A stretch of DNA of 60,512 nucleotides from Cyanophyceae cyanobacterium (GCA_050331735.1 JBHJGN010000041.1:1-60512), one strand, 5' to 3'. Shown: positions 10,743 through 20,955, numbered from the stretch's first letter. The notes: generated by a model from the letters alone, not told the origin. A program made the numbers and translations.

Positions 10743-13103
10743 ATGACTAACATCACCATTGCATCTAATGAAACTAGCACCACGCCTGTTCTCCTTGACG
10801 AACTTGGCGACTCTCTCACCGTCTTCGGGCAACTCGAAACCGAAGATACTCCGTCGGTCATCACTCAGGATAACTTGAACCGTATTTTCATCGACACAAA
10901 TGGCATCATTAGCAGTGTCGATACGGACGGCAACCTTAACGGCAGCGACACAGGCATCCAAGTCGAAGGAACGAATACCATTGTCGATAATCAGGGCAGC
11001 ATCAATGGTGACTTTAACGGCATCAATGTTGCCAATGGTGGCGAAGCTTCGGCGGTTATCTTTAACCGAGGCATCATTACCAGCGATAGTCGCCCCATCA
11101 ACCTTGGCGGTGACGAGGGGACGGTCATTAATAGCGGTCAAATTCTCTCCACTGCCGATCCGCGTAATGGCACTGTTTACAGCGATGTCACTGCCAATAC
11201 CTTCTTCATCGATAACCTCTCGGAAGGAATTATTGATGTGGGTGAAGGAAACAACGGGGACGCGATTTCTCTCGAACTCGGGGCCGAGGTAGATGGTGCT
11301 GTCATTAACCAAGGATTAGTGCAGGGACGCGGCTTGCCTGATGGTGCGCCCGACAACCAAACAAACCAAGCCGCTGCTGTCCGCCTCTACTGGGTCAGCG
11401 CTTCGGGGGCAGATACTTCGGTTTTCCATGGCAATATCGAAAACTCCGGCACTTTGACGGCAGAAAACGGAGCCACCGTTTTGATTGAAAACCGCACTCA
11501 GCTCAACGGCAGCATTATTAATAGCGGAACCATTGAAGGCGGAACCGTTGAAAACGGACAACTAGCCATCGATGCTAGCAAAGCTGAAGGCAACGTCTCC
11601 ATCGTTAACAGCGGCACCATCGACGGCGATGTTGTTCTCAGTGCTGGCAACGACCTCTATGATGGTTCGCAAGGAACCGTCAGCGGCACTGTCTTGGGTA
11701 ACGCCGGAAATGACTTGCTCGCTGGCGGTGAGAGTGAAGATCGGCTTCAGGGCGGTTCTGGTAACGATTTTCTGGCAGACGGTAACGGTGACGATATTGT
11801 TCAAGGCGGCAGGGGAAACGACTTCTTCTCCAACCTAGATGGCGGTGACGACACGCTAGCAGGCGGCAGCGGTAATGATTTCGTCCGTTCAGGGAGTGGA
11901 AACAAAACCATTCAAAGCGGCAGCGGTAACGATCTGAACCTCGGGGGTGACGGTGCCGACCTCATCGATGGCGGTTCTGGTCTAAACCTGGCCTTCGGCG
12001 GCGGCGGTAGCGATCGCTTTGTCCTTTCCTCCGGAGGCTTGCAGGCGATCGCCGACTTCACGGATGGAGAAGACTTCTTCGTGCTAGAAGAGGGGCTGAC
12101 CTTAGATCAAATCAATATTCTGCCCACGCTCATCGGTACGTCGATTCAAGTTGCTGATACTGGCGAACAGATTGCGACGCTGGTTTCTGTTGCTCCTGAC
12201 CTCATCAGTGCAGAAGATTTCCAAGCGGGCGCTCAAACCGCTACGGATACGGCGACGGCTGCTAGCACCACTCCGGTCGATAACGTGCGTCAAGGCACAG
12301 CGGTTGTTGATGTGATTCAAGGAACCGCAGGGAAAGATTTCCTCAACGGCAATGACGGGGACGACTCTATTATGGACCCGGCAGGCCAAGATTTTATCAA
12401 CGGCGACAATGGCAATGATGTCATTAATGGCGGTTCTGATGAAGACGTAATTAACGGTGGTGCTGGCAATGATGTTTTGCTAGGCAACGACTTTCTCAAC
12501 GGCGACGGCGGTAGCGATGTCATTCGAGCCGGAGACGGCAACGATTTTCTCAACGGCGGCGGCGGGAGCGATCGCCTCTTCGGTAACGGCGGTCAAGACT
12601 TTATTAACGGCGATGGAGGTAGCGATCACCTCTTTGGCGGTGAGGGTGCTGACCTGATCTCTGGGGGCCAAGGACGCGATCGCCTCTTCGGTAACGGTGG
12701 CACCGATGCCCTTAACGGCGGCAGGGGAGACGATCTGCTCTTCGGTGGCGCGGGATTTGACGACCTCAACGGCGGACAAGGCGATGATACCCTAGTAGGG
12801 ACAAACCTATCCGCCACTGATATCGATGCCTTAACTGGAGGAGAAGGCCAAGACACCTTTATCCTGGGTAATGAACAGGGGAACTTCTACAGCAATGCCG
12901 GAGCGCAAGACTTTGCTCTCATTGTCGATTTTAATCCAGAAGACCTTCTGGTGCTCAACGGCAGCGCCGCCGACTTCAGCTTAGACAACGTCGCTCAAAA
13001 CGGGTTTTCTGGGGTCGGTATTTTCGATTCCGAGCAAGATCTAATTGCGATCGCTCAAGGGTTTGAATTAGACCTCACAGCAGGCTACGTCGATTACGTT
13101 TAA
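10743..13103 (+). CDS. Large RTX-type calcium-binding secreted or surface protein with an N-terminal beta-helix-like region
   Basis: Many GGxGxDxLx nonapeptides in two blocks; N-terminal N-x-G-x-I repeats; C-terminal DFALIVDF motif. Confidence 0.85.
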   Translation: MTNITIASNETSTTPVLLDELGDSLTVFGQLETEDTPSVITQDNLNRIFIDTNGIISSVDTDGNLNGSDTGIQVEGTNTIVDNQGSINGDFNGINVANGGEASAVIFNRGIITSDSRPINLGGDEGTVINSGQILSTADPRNGTVYSDVTANTFFIDNLSEGIIDVGEGNNGDAISLELGAEVDGAVINQGLVQGRGLPDGAPDNQTNQAAAVRLYWVSASGADTSVFHGNIENSGTLTAENGATVLIENRTQLNGSIINSGTIEGGTVENGQLAIDASKAEGNVSIVNSGTIDGDVVLSAGNDLYDGSQGTVSGTVLGNAGNDLLAGGESEDRLQGGSGNDFLADGNGDDIVQGGRGNDFFSNLDGGDDTLAGGSGNDFVRSGSGNKTIQSGSGNDLNLGGDGADLIDGGSGLNLAFGGGGSDRFVLSSGGLQAIADFTDGEDFFVLEEGLTLDQINILPTLIGTSIQVADTGEQIATLVSVAPDLISAEDFQAGAQTATDTATAASTTPVDNVRQGTAVVDVIQGTAGKDFLNGNDGDDSIMDPAGQDFINGDNGNDVINGGSDEDVINGGAGNDVLLGNDFLNGDGGSDVIRAGDGNDFLNGGGGSDRLFGNGGQDFINGDGGSDHLFGGEGADLISGGQGRDRLFGNGGTDALNGGRGDDLLFGGAGFDDLNGGQGDDTLVGTNLSATDIDALTGGEGQDTFILGNEQGNFYSNAGAQDFALIVDFNPEDLLVLNGSAADFSLDNVAQNGFSGVGIFDSEQDLIAIAQGFELDLTAGYVDYV

Positions 13104-13402
13104 GAAAGTCCCTTGGGACGGGGAAAGGGAAAATAATGATCAGTGAACAGTAAGCAGTGACCAGACTAGTTCCTTTAACTGGTAACTGATAGCTGTTCAG
13201 TCCTTTTCCCTAGCAGCTTTGCTGCTTTTCTCTAACGACGCACCTATCGCTTCACTTTTTAGAGCTGCGGTTTAACGCCGATTCTCAACGCTTAGTTGAT
13301 AGAAGCCAAAGTAAACAATGCAACTGCTAATAATCTTTAACTGGCCATAAAAAGCGCTGTTCGCAGCGGAGTAATAGTTAGTTCTTTAATGTGGAGATCG
13401 CA

Positions 13403-13534
13403 ATGATTCAGAAATCAACGCCCTCGGCTAGAAACGTTAATCGAGCACAAACGAGCAATACAGGACTCAGTTTTGTCCTCAACTTCACGTTCGCAATGGT
13501 GTTGTTTTCCCTCCCGATAATTAGCGTTTGGTAA
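13403..13534 (+). CDS. Putative 43-aa small membrane protein
   Basis: GGAG RBS; translation MIQKSTPSARNVNRAQTSNTGLSFVLNFTFAMVLFSLPIISVW with a hydrophobic C-terminus; followed by a TCTCTC..GGAGAGA hairpin. Confidence 0.45.
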   Translation: MIQKSTPSARNVNRAQTSNTGLSFVLNFTFAMVLFSLPIISVW

Positions 13535-13812
13535 TTTCACTCTCTCTTCGATCGATTGACGGAGAGAAATTCTACCGCCATGACAGAACTAGTCAACTTT
13601 TTGCGACTGCCGCTGAAGGAGTTAGGAGCAAAACCGCAACGCTGACTAGGCTCGTTGTTCTGATACCTGCCAAATATCGGTATGCCTAACAACAGCCGTT
13701 GTTTCTGTCGGTTCTTGCAGATAAGCAGAAAAAACTAGCAAACTTTTACCTGATAACCAGAACCTGACTGCCAACTCTGTTTTGTCTGGCCGTCCCTACC
13801 TACTTAAATAAC

Positions 13813-14076
13813 GTGAAAGCGACCATGAACATTAAACTGATTATCTTTTCTGGATTAACAACGGCTGTACTCGGAGCCTTTTTAGGAACAGCCGCAGCAG
13901 AAGTCACGAGAGACGATCTCCGCCAGGTTAAGTACGAACATCTCTACCAAGATCTTTACGACAGGTATACTCCCTGGATAGGAGCTGGTTTAGGATTAGC
14001 GATTGGGACAGGACAACAGTGCCTCCGCGAACTTGACAAAGAACAGGCAGCTAAAAAAGAGCGATCGCCTCATTAG
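13813..14076 (+). CDS. Hypothetical small membrane protein
   Basis: Two hydrophobic glycine-rich segments. Confidence 0.65.
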   Translation: MKATMNIKLIIFSGLTTAVLGAFLGTAAAEVTRDDLRQVKYEHLYQDLYDRYTPWIGAGLGLAIGTGQQCLRELDKEQAAKKERSPH

Positions 14077-14214
14077 GATCATCATCGCGCCAAGTGTCCT
14101 GCTGCCTGTAGTTTTTCGGCAACAACGCTGCCAATGTATCCTGTTGCTCCTGTTAGAAAAACCTTCATTTTGATTTCTCCTGGGTGAATCTTCTCATTTC
14201 TGATAGCCGCTAGC

Positions 14215-15597
14215 TTAGTAATTTGAGGAATCAAGCTTTTGGCACGATGTCAATCGACAAAACCGCCAGAAGAAGAGTCCGGCAACAACGGTGATCGCTA
14301 CCGACTGCCCAATCCACAAACCGATGCTGCCCCAGTTGAAAGTGAAACCGAGTAGATACCCCACCGACAAACCGACCCCCCAGTAGCCCAAGACGTTGAG
14401 CAACATTGGAATCTGCGTGTCCTGAAGCCCTTGCAGCGAACCATACACTGCTTTTTGAAAACCATCCAATACCTGAGCGATCGCTGCAATCATGAGCAAC
14501 GGCAAGGCGATAGCAACAATGGCGGCATTGTCTGGATCTTGGATATCTAAATAAATCCCGACGATCTGTTTGGGAAACAGCAAAAAGGCAATGGATACGC
14601 TGACCATGAATACTGTGGTGATAACCATACTCACCCAAGCAGCTTGCTGAATGCCTATGCGATCGCAGCGACCTAACCATTGCCCGACTCGTACGGTTGT
14701 TGCAAACGAGATCCCTAACGGCACCATGAACACCACAACAATCGTTTGAAACACGACCTGATGCGCCGCTAATACCTCTGTGCCTAACGTCCCCATCCAG
14801 AACATAATCACCATGAAAAAGCCTGTTTCTAACCCGGAGAATACTCCAATTGGCACTCCTACCCAAGCTAATTCCCACAGAATTTTGGGTCTGACGCGGT
14901 GGAGTTGTTGAAAAAACCGATAGTGCTTGAGGTTCCGATTGATGCAGACATACAGGGCTAAGGCTAAAAACATGCCCCATAGCGCCAAGACGCTTGCCAG
15001 CGCCAATCCTGCCAGACCCAGTTGCGGAAAGCCAAACTTCCCTAGCCCTAAGCTATAGTTGCCGATGATATTAAATACTGTTCCACTGACCACAATGACC
15101 ATCACCGGACGTGCCTGAGAGAGGGCGGAAACGGTAGCCCGGAGAGCCGCAAATCCTACAGCGGGAAATAACCCCCACAGCATAATATCTAGATAAGTAT
15201 TAACAAGCTCTACCGTCGTCTCCGTTTGTCCGCTGTGGGCTAGCCAGGTATCAAGATGTCCAGTAAAAATCATCAGCGGGAGGGAAACCAGCAGCGCCAA
15301 CCACAGTCCTTGACGAGCAACCTGCTCAATACGCGCTCTTTGTCCAGCCCCAAAGGCTTCTGCAATTAATGGACTCACTCCCATGACGACGCCACTGGCG
15401 CTCATCATAATTGAGAGAAAAATAATGGCTGCCAGTCCGCCTGCGGCTAACACCTCAGCTCCCAATCTGCCCATGATAATCGTATCAGCAAAGCCAGTGG
15501 CCGATTGAGCGACTTGAGCGCTAGCCAGAGGAATAGCTAATTTAAGAAACTCTCGCACTTCGGTACGGAGATGGTTTGAACTTTGAATGATAGTCAT
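14215..15597 (-). CDS. MATE family efflux transporter (NorM-like)
   Basis: FLKLAIPL, ADTIIMGRLG, LAAHQVV, TTVRVGQWLG, QVLDGFQ, GSLQGLQDT; about 12 TM segments. Confidence 0.93.
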   Translation of the reverse strand: MTIIQSSNHLRTEVREFLKLAIPLASAQVAQSATGFADTIIMGRLGAEVLAAGGLAAIIFLSIMMSASGVVMGVSPLIAEAFGAGQRARIEQVARQGLWLALLVSLPLMIFTGHLDTWLAHSGQTETTVELVNTYLDIMLWGLFPAVGFAALRATVSALSQARPVMVIVVSGTVFNIIGNYSLGLGKFGFPQLGLAGLALASVLALWGMFLALALYVCINRNLKHYRFFQQLHRVRPKILWELAWVGVPIGVFSGLETGFFMVIMFWMGTLGTEVLAAHQVVFQTIVVVFMVPLGISFATTVRVGQWLGRCDRIGIQQAAWVSMVITTVFMVSVSIAFLLFPKQIVGIYLDIQDPDNAAIVAIALPLLMIAAIAQVLDGFQKAVYGSLQGLQDTQIPMLLNVLGYWGVGLSVGYLLGFTFNWGSIGLWIGQSVAITVVAGLFFWRFCRLTSCQKLDSSNY

Positions 15598-15676
15598 GGT
15601 GAAACTCCTCTGATGACTGAGTACACAGCTACTTAAAAAAATAGGTAGAGGGAAATCTCTCTGTTGTTTACGGTTT

Positions 15677-15692
15677 TGTCAAAATTTTGCGG
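15677..15692. promoter_or_regulatory. Candidate AraC-family operator, copy 1
   Basis: TGTCAAAATTTTGCGG, 80 bp upstream of the MATE start; identical copy at 16217-16232. Confidence 0.5.
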
Positions 15693-15933
15693 GGAATTGG
15701 GCGATCTCCTCTCAGAAAATGGAGCGAGTTTTTATGGCAGTGATGAAGTAGAGGATTATTCCAGAGAAACCCGTATTAAAAGATCTTGACGGCTTGACAA
15801 TGCTCGCTTTATCCCCCGAAAAAGTCGTTTCTGCGGTTAGTTTGGGCTGCGAGTCAGTTCAGATCCGTCTCGCAGCCACTATTAAGAGTCAATATCCTGC
15901 GTTACACCCTTGGCGATTAGCCTCACTCCAGAA

Positions 15934-16131
15934 TTAGGGGTCGGTTTGAGTATTAGGCATAAAAAAGATGGAACCGACTAGAAACAACACGCCTTCGGAC
16001 AAATGAACTAAAGACATCGGGGAAAATTGATGGGTAATTTCAGCGATCGCATCAATCACAAATAAGCCCGAACCAATCAAAAATAGCCAGCTTGCTATCA
16101 ATAAACGCTTTTTCATTGAGTTATCCTCCAT
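15934..16131 (-). CDS. Small two-TM membrane protein (YrhK-like)
   Basis: SWLFLIGSGLF and GVLFLVGSIFF repeats. Confidence 0.6.
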   Translation of the reverse strand: MEDNSMKKRLLIASWLFLIGSGLFVIDAIAEITHQFSPMSLVHLSEGVLFLVGSIFFMPNTQTDP

Positions 16132-16216
16132 AATTTAAAGGGATAGTGCAGAAGTATCGCTATGATTACAGAATAGGTAACTCAAACCACCAAGAGCTAT
16201 CTAAAATTTGCGCGAC

Positions 16217-16232
16217 TGTCAAAATTTTGCGG
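16217..16232. promoter_or_regulatory. Candidate AraC-family operator, copy 2
   Basis: TGTCAAAATTTTGCGG between the divergent small gene and the araC-family gene; preceded by a partial copy, CTAAAATTTGCG. Confidence 0.5.
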
Positions 16233-16260
16233 TGAGTTGTTAAAGAGGGAAAAAACTCTG

Positions 16261-17160
16261 ATGAAGCGCTCTCAAACTGGCAAAAATTTATCCAGCACCA
16301 ACTTTCCCAGGGCAGCATCGCCTTCTCCCATTGTCTCTAGCCAAGCACTAGGCTGGGAAACGGTGCTGGTCGAAGAATTTCAGCAGCCCCCGGGAGATGT
16401 CAGTGTTCCAGAAGCCTGGGTAGGGCATTCTATTGCGCTGTGTTTAGCGCCTCGTCCTTACCGCATTCATCAAACTGTCGGTGATCGCCACTACACCGGA
16501 CTCTATTCCCAAGGCGATATTTCGATTACCCCGGCTAACCTTCCTAGCTTCTACCGAGTTGAAGGAAACGACCATTTTTTGAACGTCGAAATCCCTATCC
16601 AGTTATTGCAGTCCGTTGCTCAGCAAGCAGAGATTGCTCCCGATCGTCTAGAACTGGTCACGGAGTTTCGAGTCCGCGATCCTCAACTGGAGCAAACGCT
16701 GAGGCTGCTTCGGGCAGAACTCCACAAAGGCGGCAGTTGGGTCGGACAACTTTATGTAGAATCGTTGGCAAACGTGCTAGCCGTTCATTTGCTCCGCGAC
16801 TATTCGACAAGTCAGCCTCGCATAGCCGTGTACGAGGGAGGATTAAGCGATCGCCAGCTCCTGCAAGTTGCTGAGTATATTAATGCTCATTTGGATCGGC
16901 AAATTAAGCTGTCTGATTTAGCAGCGGTAGCCGGGGTAACCCAATTTTACTTTAGCCGCCTCTTTAAGCAATCGATGGGGATTTCTCCGCATCAGTATTT
17001 ACTCCAGCAGCGGGTGGAACGGGCGAAGCATTTGTTGAAAAATTCTAAGGACGCGATCGCAGAAATTGCCCTGGAATGCGGCTTCAACTCTCAAAGCCAT
17101 TTAGGTAAAACTTTCCGCGAATTAACCGGAATTACGCCAGGAACCTACCGCAAAAGTTAG
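16261..17160 (+). CDS. AraC family transcriptional regulator
   Basis: C-terminal double HTH: LSDLAAVAGVTQFYFSRLFKQSMG, IAEIALECGFNSQSHL..FR..TGITP. The ORF track start is 16237. Confidence 0.93.
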   Translation: MKRSQTGKNLSSTNFPRAASPSPIVSSQALGWETVLVEEFQQPPGDVSVPEAWVGHSIALCLAPRPYRIHQTVGDRHYTGLYSQGDISITPANLPSFYRVEGNDHFLNVEIPIQLLQSVAQQAEIAPDRLELVTEFRVRDPQLEQTLRLLRAELHKGGSWVGQLYVESLANVLAVHLLRDYSTSQPRIAVYEGGLSDRQLLQVAEYINAHLDRQIKLSDLAAVAGVTQFYFSRLFKQSMGISPHQYLLQQRVERAKHLLKNSKDAIAEIALECGFNSQSHLGKTFRELTGITPGTYRKS

Positions 17161-17345
17161 CTAGATGATATCAATTTAAATACAGTAAGCGTTAACAAAC
17201 TTTTTTCTACCAGGACAGTCAGGACAGGTATAAGCGTCATTTGGTTTTCAAAATAGAAGAGAAGTATCGTTCGCTTGGCTCGTCGGTCAAACTGAAAGCA
17301 AGTATCGCAATCCCTTATAATTCATGATTATTCATCATTCGCACT

Positions 17346-18539
17346 ATGCTCGACCTCGCAAAACTGGCAGGACAGTTTCCCGGTATCAGTCAGCACCTTA
17401 CGAAAGAGGCGACAGCAAGCCGTCAGCGCCTCGAACGGGCTCATGGATTGCTTCAAGAAACCCAGGCCAGACTGGCTCGACTGATCGAAGTGCAGAAACA
17501 GTGGCGCGATCGCCTAATATTTGCCGCAGCAACTCCAGTAGAACCGATTGATACCTGCACTGACATTCAATCTCCTCCCCGCAGCCACAGCGTTTTTGCC
17601 AGCGATGGCTCCCAGATTTCCCCCTCTCACCACGAAATCGCCTACTGTTATCTCATCAACATCGGTCGAGTGATGCTGCACTACGGGCAGAACCTGCTTC
17701 CGCTGCTGGACAATCTGCCCGAAGTGTTTTATAAGTCGGAGGATCTGTACGTCTCCAAGCAGTGGGGCATCCGCACCGAAGAATGGATGGGCTATCGCCG
17801 TACCGTTTCCGAAGCTCAAGCCTTGGCAGACATGGCCTGTCGCTGGGTTAACCCGCCGGGAGCGCATCACGAACCCAATTTAGCCCTCGTTGATGGCTCA
17901 CTCATTCTGTGGTTTCTCGATGGCTTACCCGTTGAGGCGCGGGAACTCGTGCTGCCTCCGATTCTCGCAGCTTGGCAACAGCTTCAGGAAGCGCACATTC
18001 CCCTCGTTGGCTACGTCAGCGCCTCTCGCAGCATGGAGGCGATTAACTTCCTGCGTCTGCAAGCTTGCCCTCATGAAGTCCCAGACTGTCTGACCTCCTG
18101 TAGTGATTTGAGCGATCGCGCTCCCTGTCAGGTGGTCGATCCGCTGCGGGATGCCACGCTAGCAGGTGCTCTCCTCCAGCCCGGTCAACGAGGTCCACTG
18201 TGGCGCAGTTCCATCCGCATTCTCGATCGCTACGATGAGGCTCAAAAAGTCTACTTCTGCTACGTCAACGTCGGTACAGAAGTGGCCCGCGTCGAGTTTC
18301 CGGCCTGGGTTGCGGGCGATGCCGCGCTGCTGAATCAATCCCTCGGTATTGTGCTAGCGCAGGTGCATAAAGGCTATGGCTATCCAGTCGCATTAGCCGA
18401 GGCCCACAATCAAGCCGTGGTGCGGGGAGGCGATCGCGCCCGGTTCTTTGCTCTATTAGAGCAGCAAATGATTCGCGCTGGCTTAAGGAACGTGGGGACT
18501 TCTTACAAAGAAACTCGCAAACGGGGCAGTGTTGCTTAG
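17346..18539 (+). CDS. nurA: DNA double-strand break repair nuclease NurA family
   Basis: ASDGSQI, LVDGSL, GYGYPVALAEAHNQAVV. Confidence 0.88.
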   Translation: MLDLAKLAGQFPGISQHLTKEATASRQRLERAHGLLQETQARLARLIEVQKQWRDRLIFAAATPVEPIDTCTDIQSPPRSHSVFASDGSQISPSHHEIAYCYLINIGRVMLHYGQNLLPLLDNLPEVFYKSEDLYVSKQWGIRTEEWMGYRRTVSEAQALADMACRWVNPPGAHHEPNLALVDGSLILWFLDGLPVEARELVLPPILAAWQQLQEAHIPLVGYVSASRSMEAINFLRLQACPHEVPDCLTSCSDLSDRAPCQVVDPLRDATLAGALLQPGQRGPLWRSSIRILDRYDEAQKVYFCYVNVGTEVARVEFPAWVAGDAALLNQSLGIVLAQVHKGYGYPVALAEAHNQAVVRGGDRARFFALLEQQMIRAGLRNVGTSYKETRKRGSVA

Positions 18540-18546
18540 CTTTTGC

Positions 18547-19158
18547 TTATTTCTCTGAGCGAAGGTTGTTGATGAAATCGGTAACTGTCTCGTACTGATC
18601 GGAGTACTCTAGGTAACGCTTGAGAATATCTAGATCAAAATCGGGAAAAAATTGACTGCGGTCGCGCTGCACGTACTCTCGCTTCTCCAGTCCGAAGACA
18701 GTTACCTCTCCCTGCTTCCAAAACCACACTTCCGGGACTTGCTTTAATCTGTAGAGTTCTTTTTTGTCTAGCTTACCGCTAGTAACAATTACCTCGATAA
18801 CAATATCTGGAAGATCTTTTGAAGAGCCAATCGCATAAGATTCATTAGGATTGCCAGAGGCTGTTTCTGGAGATTCAATGGTGAAGCCTCCACACCGATA
18901 AAACCGGATTCCTCCTTCTCTCATATACGCTTCAAGCAGCAATCCAAGCGTACTTTTAATTCTTCCACGTTCAACCCCAGTCGGGGACACAATTTCTAGC
19001 ACTCCACACCAGTAGGATAGTTTGACTCCGTTATCACGATCGAGAGTGGCATCAATCGTTTTAAACTGTTCCCAGCTTACGCCGTATAGGGTACTAGCTC
19101 CCCCAACAAGAGGATTGGTTGTCTGGGTAGCGGCAGTGGATATACCTGACAAGTCCAA
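18547..19158 (-). CDS. Uma2 family endonuclease
   Basis: GVSWEQF, GVLEIVSP, PDIVIEVIVTS, VPEVWFW, RSQFFPDFD. Confidence 0.88.
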   Translation of the reverse strand: MDLSGISTAATQTTNPLVGGASTLYGVSWEQFKTIDATLDRDNGVKLSYWCGVLEIVSPTGVERGRIKSTLGLLLEAYMREGGIRFYRCGGFTIESPETASGNPNESYAIGSSKDLPDIVIEVIVTSGKLDKKELYRLKQVPEVWFWKQGEVTVFGLEKREYVQRDRSQFFPDFDLDILKRYLEYSDQYETVTDFINNLRSEK

Positions 19159-19246
19159 ACAATCAGTTAATTCTAAGTTAAAAGAGCTTAATCTGTTGAC
19201 GATTGTTCTTTTATACTAGAGCAGCCACTCACCTAGCACTTCAACT

Positions 19247-20089
19247 ATGTCTTCACCCCTCTACCAGCAAATTCAGCAATTCTACGATGCCTCTAGCGGT
19301 CTATGGGAACAGATCTGGGGAGAACACATGCATCACGGGTACTATGGGAGGGCAGGGACCACAAAAATAGAGCGTCGTCAGGCCCAGATAGACCTGATCG
19401 AAGAATTGCTTCGCTGGGCAGGAGTTGAGCAGGCTGAGAATATTATTGATGTCGGCTGTGGCATTGGCGGCAGCACGATTTATCTCGCTCAGAAGTATCA
19501 GGCAACGGCAACGGGAATTACTCTGTCTCCGGTACAGGCAGCGCGGGCTATAGAAAGAGCCAAAATGTTTGGTGTCAAAACTGAATTTCAAGTGGCCAAC
19601 GCCTTAGATATGCCGTTTGCAGACAACAGTTTCGATTTGGTGTGGTCGCTAGAAAGCGGCGAACACATGCCGGATAAGGAGCAGTTTCTATCCGAATGCT
19701 ACCGTGTGCTGAAACCCGAAGGACGCTTGGTGATGGCGACCTGGTGTCATCGTCCGACCGATTCTTTGGCCGGGGAACTCACTGAGGATGAGAAAAGACA
19801 CCTAGAGGACATTTATCGCGTGTATTGCCTGCCCTACGTGATTTCGCTGCCTGAGTACGAAGCGATCGCCTCATCCTGCGGCTTCCAAAACATCCGCACT
19901 GCTGACTGGTCTACCGCCGTCGCTCCCTTTTGGGATGTAGTGATTGATTCTGCCTTTGACCTTAGAGCGATCGCTCTGCTGCTTCGTTCCGGCTGGAAAA
20001 CCATCGAAGCGGCTCTATCGCTTGGTTTGATGAGTCGCGGTTACGAACGCGGCTTAATTCGCTTTGGCTTGCTATACGGAGAGAAGTGA
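19247..20089 (+). CDS. Gamma-tocopherol methyltransferase (VTE4/slr0089-like)
   Basis: FYDASSGLWEQIWGEHMHHGYY, DVGCGIGGS, WSLESGEHMPDK, ATWCHR. Confidence 0.88.
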   Translation: MSSPLYQQIQQFYDASSGLWEQIWGEHMHHGYYGRAGTTKIERRQAQIDLIEELLRWAGVEQAENIIDVGCGIGGSTIYLAQKYQATATGITLSPVQAARAIERAKMFGVKTEFQVANALDMPFADNSFDLVWSLESGEHMPDKEQFLSECYRVLKPEGRLVMATWCHRPTDSLAGELTEDEKRHLEDIYRVYCLPYVISLPEYEAIASSCGFQNIRTADWSTAVAPFWDVVIDSAFDLRAIALLLRSGWKTIEAALSLGLMSRGYERGLIRFGLLYGEK

Positions 20090-20163
20090 GCCAAAGCCAG
20101 AGAGAGTCAAGCTGCCTGTTAAAGCCTTCTTAACATTCTGCCCCTTCCTCGTTAACTTTCGGC

Positions 20164-20270
20164 TTATACCATTTTTTAATAGAGATTCTACACCAGTAGA
20201 AATCTAAACCCTTTTCCCCTTCCCCTTTGCCCTTTTCCCGGACTATGCACCTACAACTTTACTATCTATC
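20164..20270. repeat. Short MITE-like repeat, family B, copy 3 (inverted, right end degenerate)
   Basis: TTATACCATTTT...CCCTTTTCCCGGACTATGCA, matching the reverse complement of the 5973-6084 core. Confidence 0.45.
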
Positions 20271-20359
20271 TAGCTTCCACGGTAGGTTTCGTATGGCGCA
20301 ATATTTAGAAAGTTTCTTGATACCATCGACAAATATACCGAAAAATTCTTAATATCCTA

Positions 20360-20451
20360 TCGTATAGGGGAGATGTACAGAACTTTTCTGCTTTTTGTTT
20401 CATATAGAGGAGATATCCAGAAAGTTTCTGTCTAATAAATAAGTTAGCTGG
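20360..20451 (+). mobile_element. attI-like integron recombination site with upstream direct repeats
   Basis: CTAATAAATAAGTTAG resembles the attI1 simple site CTAAAACAAAGTT; imperfect 29-bp direct repeats at 20362-20390 and 20402-20430; GTTAGCTGG at 20443 is the exact reverse complement of the attC left end. Confidence 0.65.
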
Positions 20452-20568
20452 CTCCGCACACAGCAATTGCACTTGTAGATAGGGCTAGATAGGGCGACTG
20501 ACTATCAGTTGAGGCCCGTTGATGAGGTGACCAGTCATGAAGCATAGTTAAGTGTAGTTAGAACTGTA

Positions 20569-20955
20569 GTGGGAAACATGGATTCGGAAATTGAAAGCCA
20601 AATTCGTGAGTGTGAAGCGCGACTTTATACCGCAATGTCAGCCTCTGATGTATCTGAATTAGAGATACTCATGGCCGATGATCTGCTTTTCGCTGGGCCA
20701 ACTGGTGAACTGGCAACTAAAGCAATGGATTTAGACTTGCACCGTACTGGCGGTACTCAGTTTCACGAGTTTGTGCCTAAAGAGCTAGAAATACGTGTTT
20801 GGAGCGAACACTTTGCTCTTGCGTCGGCCAAAATCTCCTTGAGTGGTACGTATTTAGGCAATGCCTTCGCAGGTGATTACCGCTATATGAGAGTTTGGCG
20901 TAGAGGCAAAAGCGGCTGGCAAATCGCTGGTGGCAGTGTTAGTGAAATGGTTTGA
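20569..20955 (+). CDS. NTF2-like DUF4440 protein carried as an integron gene cassette
   Basis: CEARLYTAM..SDVSEL..LMADDLLF and YRYMRVW..GWQIAGG; lies between the attI-like site and attC. Confidence 0.85.
   Translation: MGNMDSEIESQIRECEARLYTAMSASDVSELEILMADDLLFAGPTGELATKAMDLDLHRTGGTQFHEFVPKELEIRVWSEHFALASAKISLSGTYLGNAFAGDYRYMRVWRRGKSGWQIAGGSVSEMV

Noticed and set aside
10728..12856. Antisense and alternate-frame ORFs over the RTX gene (also 14231-14980 and 52215-52730)
   Set aside because: Shadow ORFs produced by codon bias and repeats in real genes.
13684..13790. GCCTAAC resembling an attC R'' site
   Set aside because: No complementary right arm or GTT core at a suitable distance.
17346..19158. 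NurA plus Uma2 as a defence system
   Set aside because: The genes are convergent, both families are common stand-alone genes in cyanobacteria, and no HerA is adjacent.
20291..20430. 40-bp periodic repeats as a mini CRISPR array
   Set aside because: Repeats are degenerate, gaps are only about 11 bp, and no cas genes are present.
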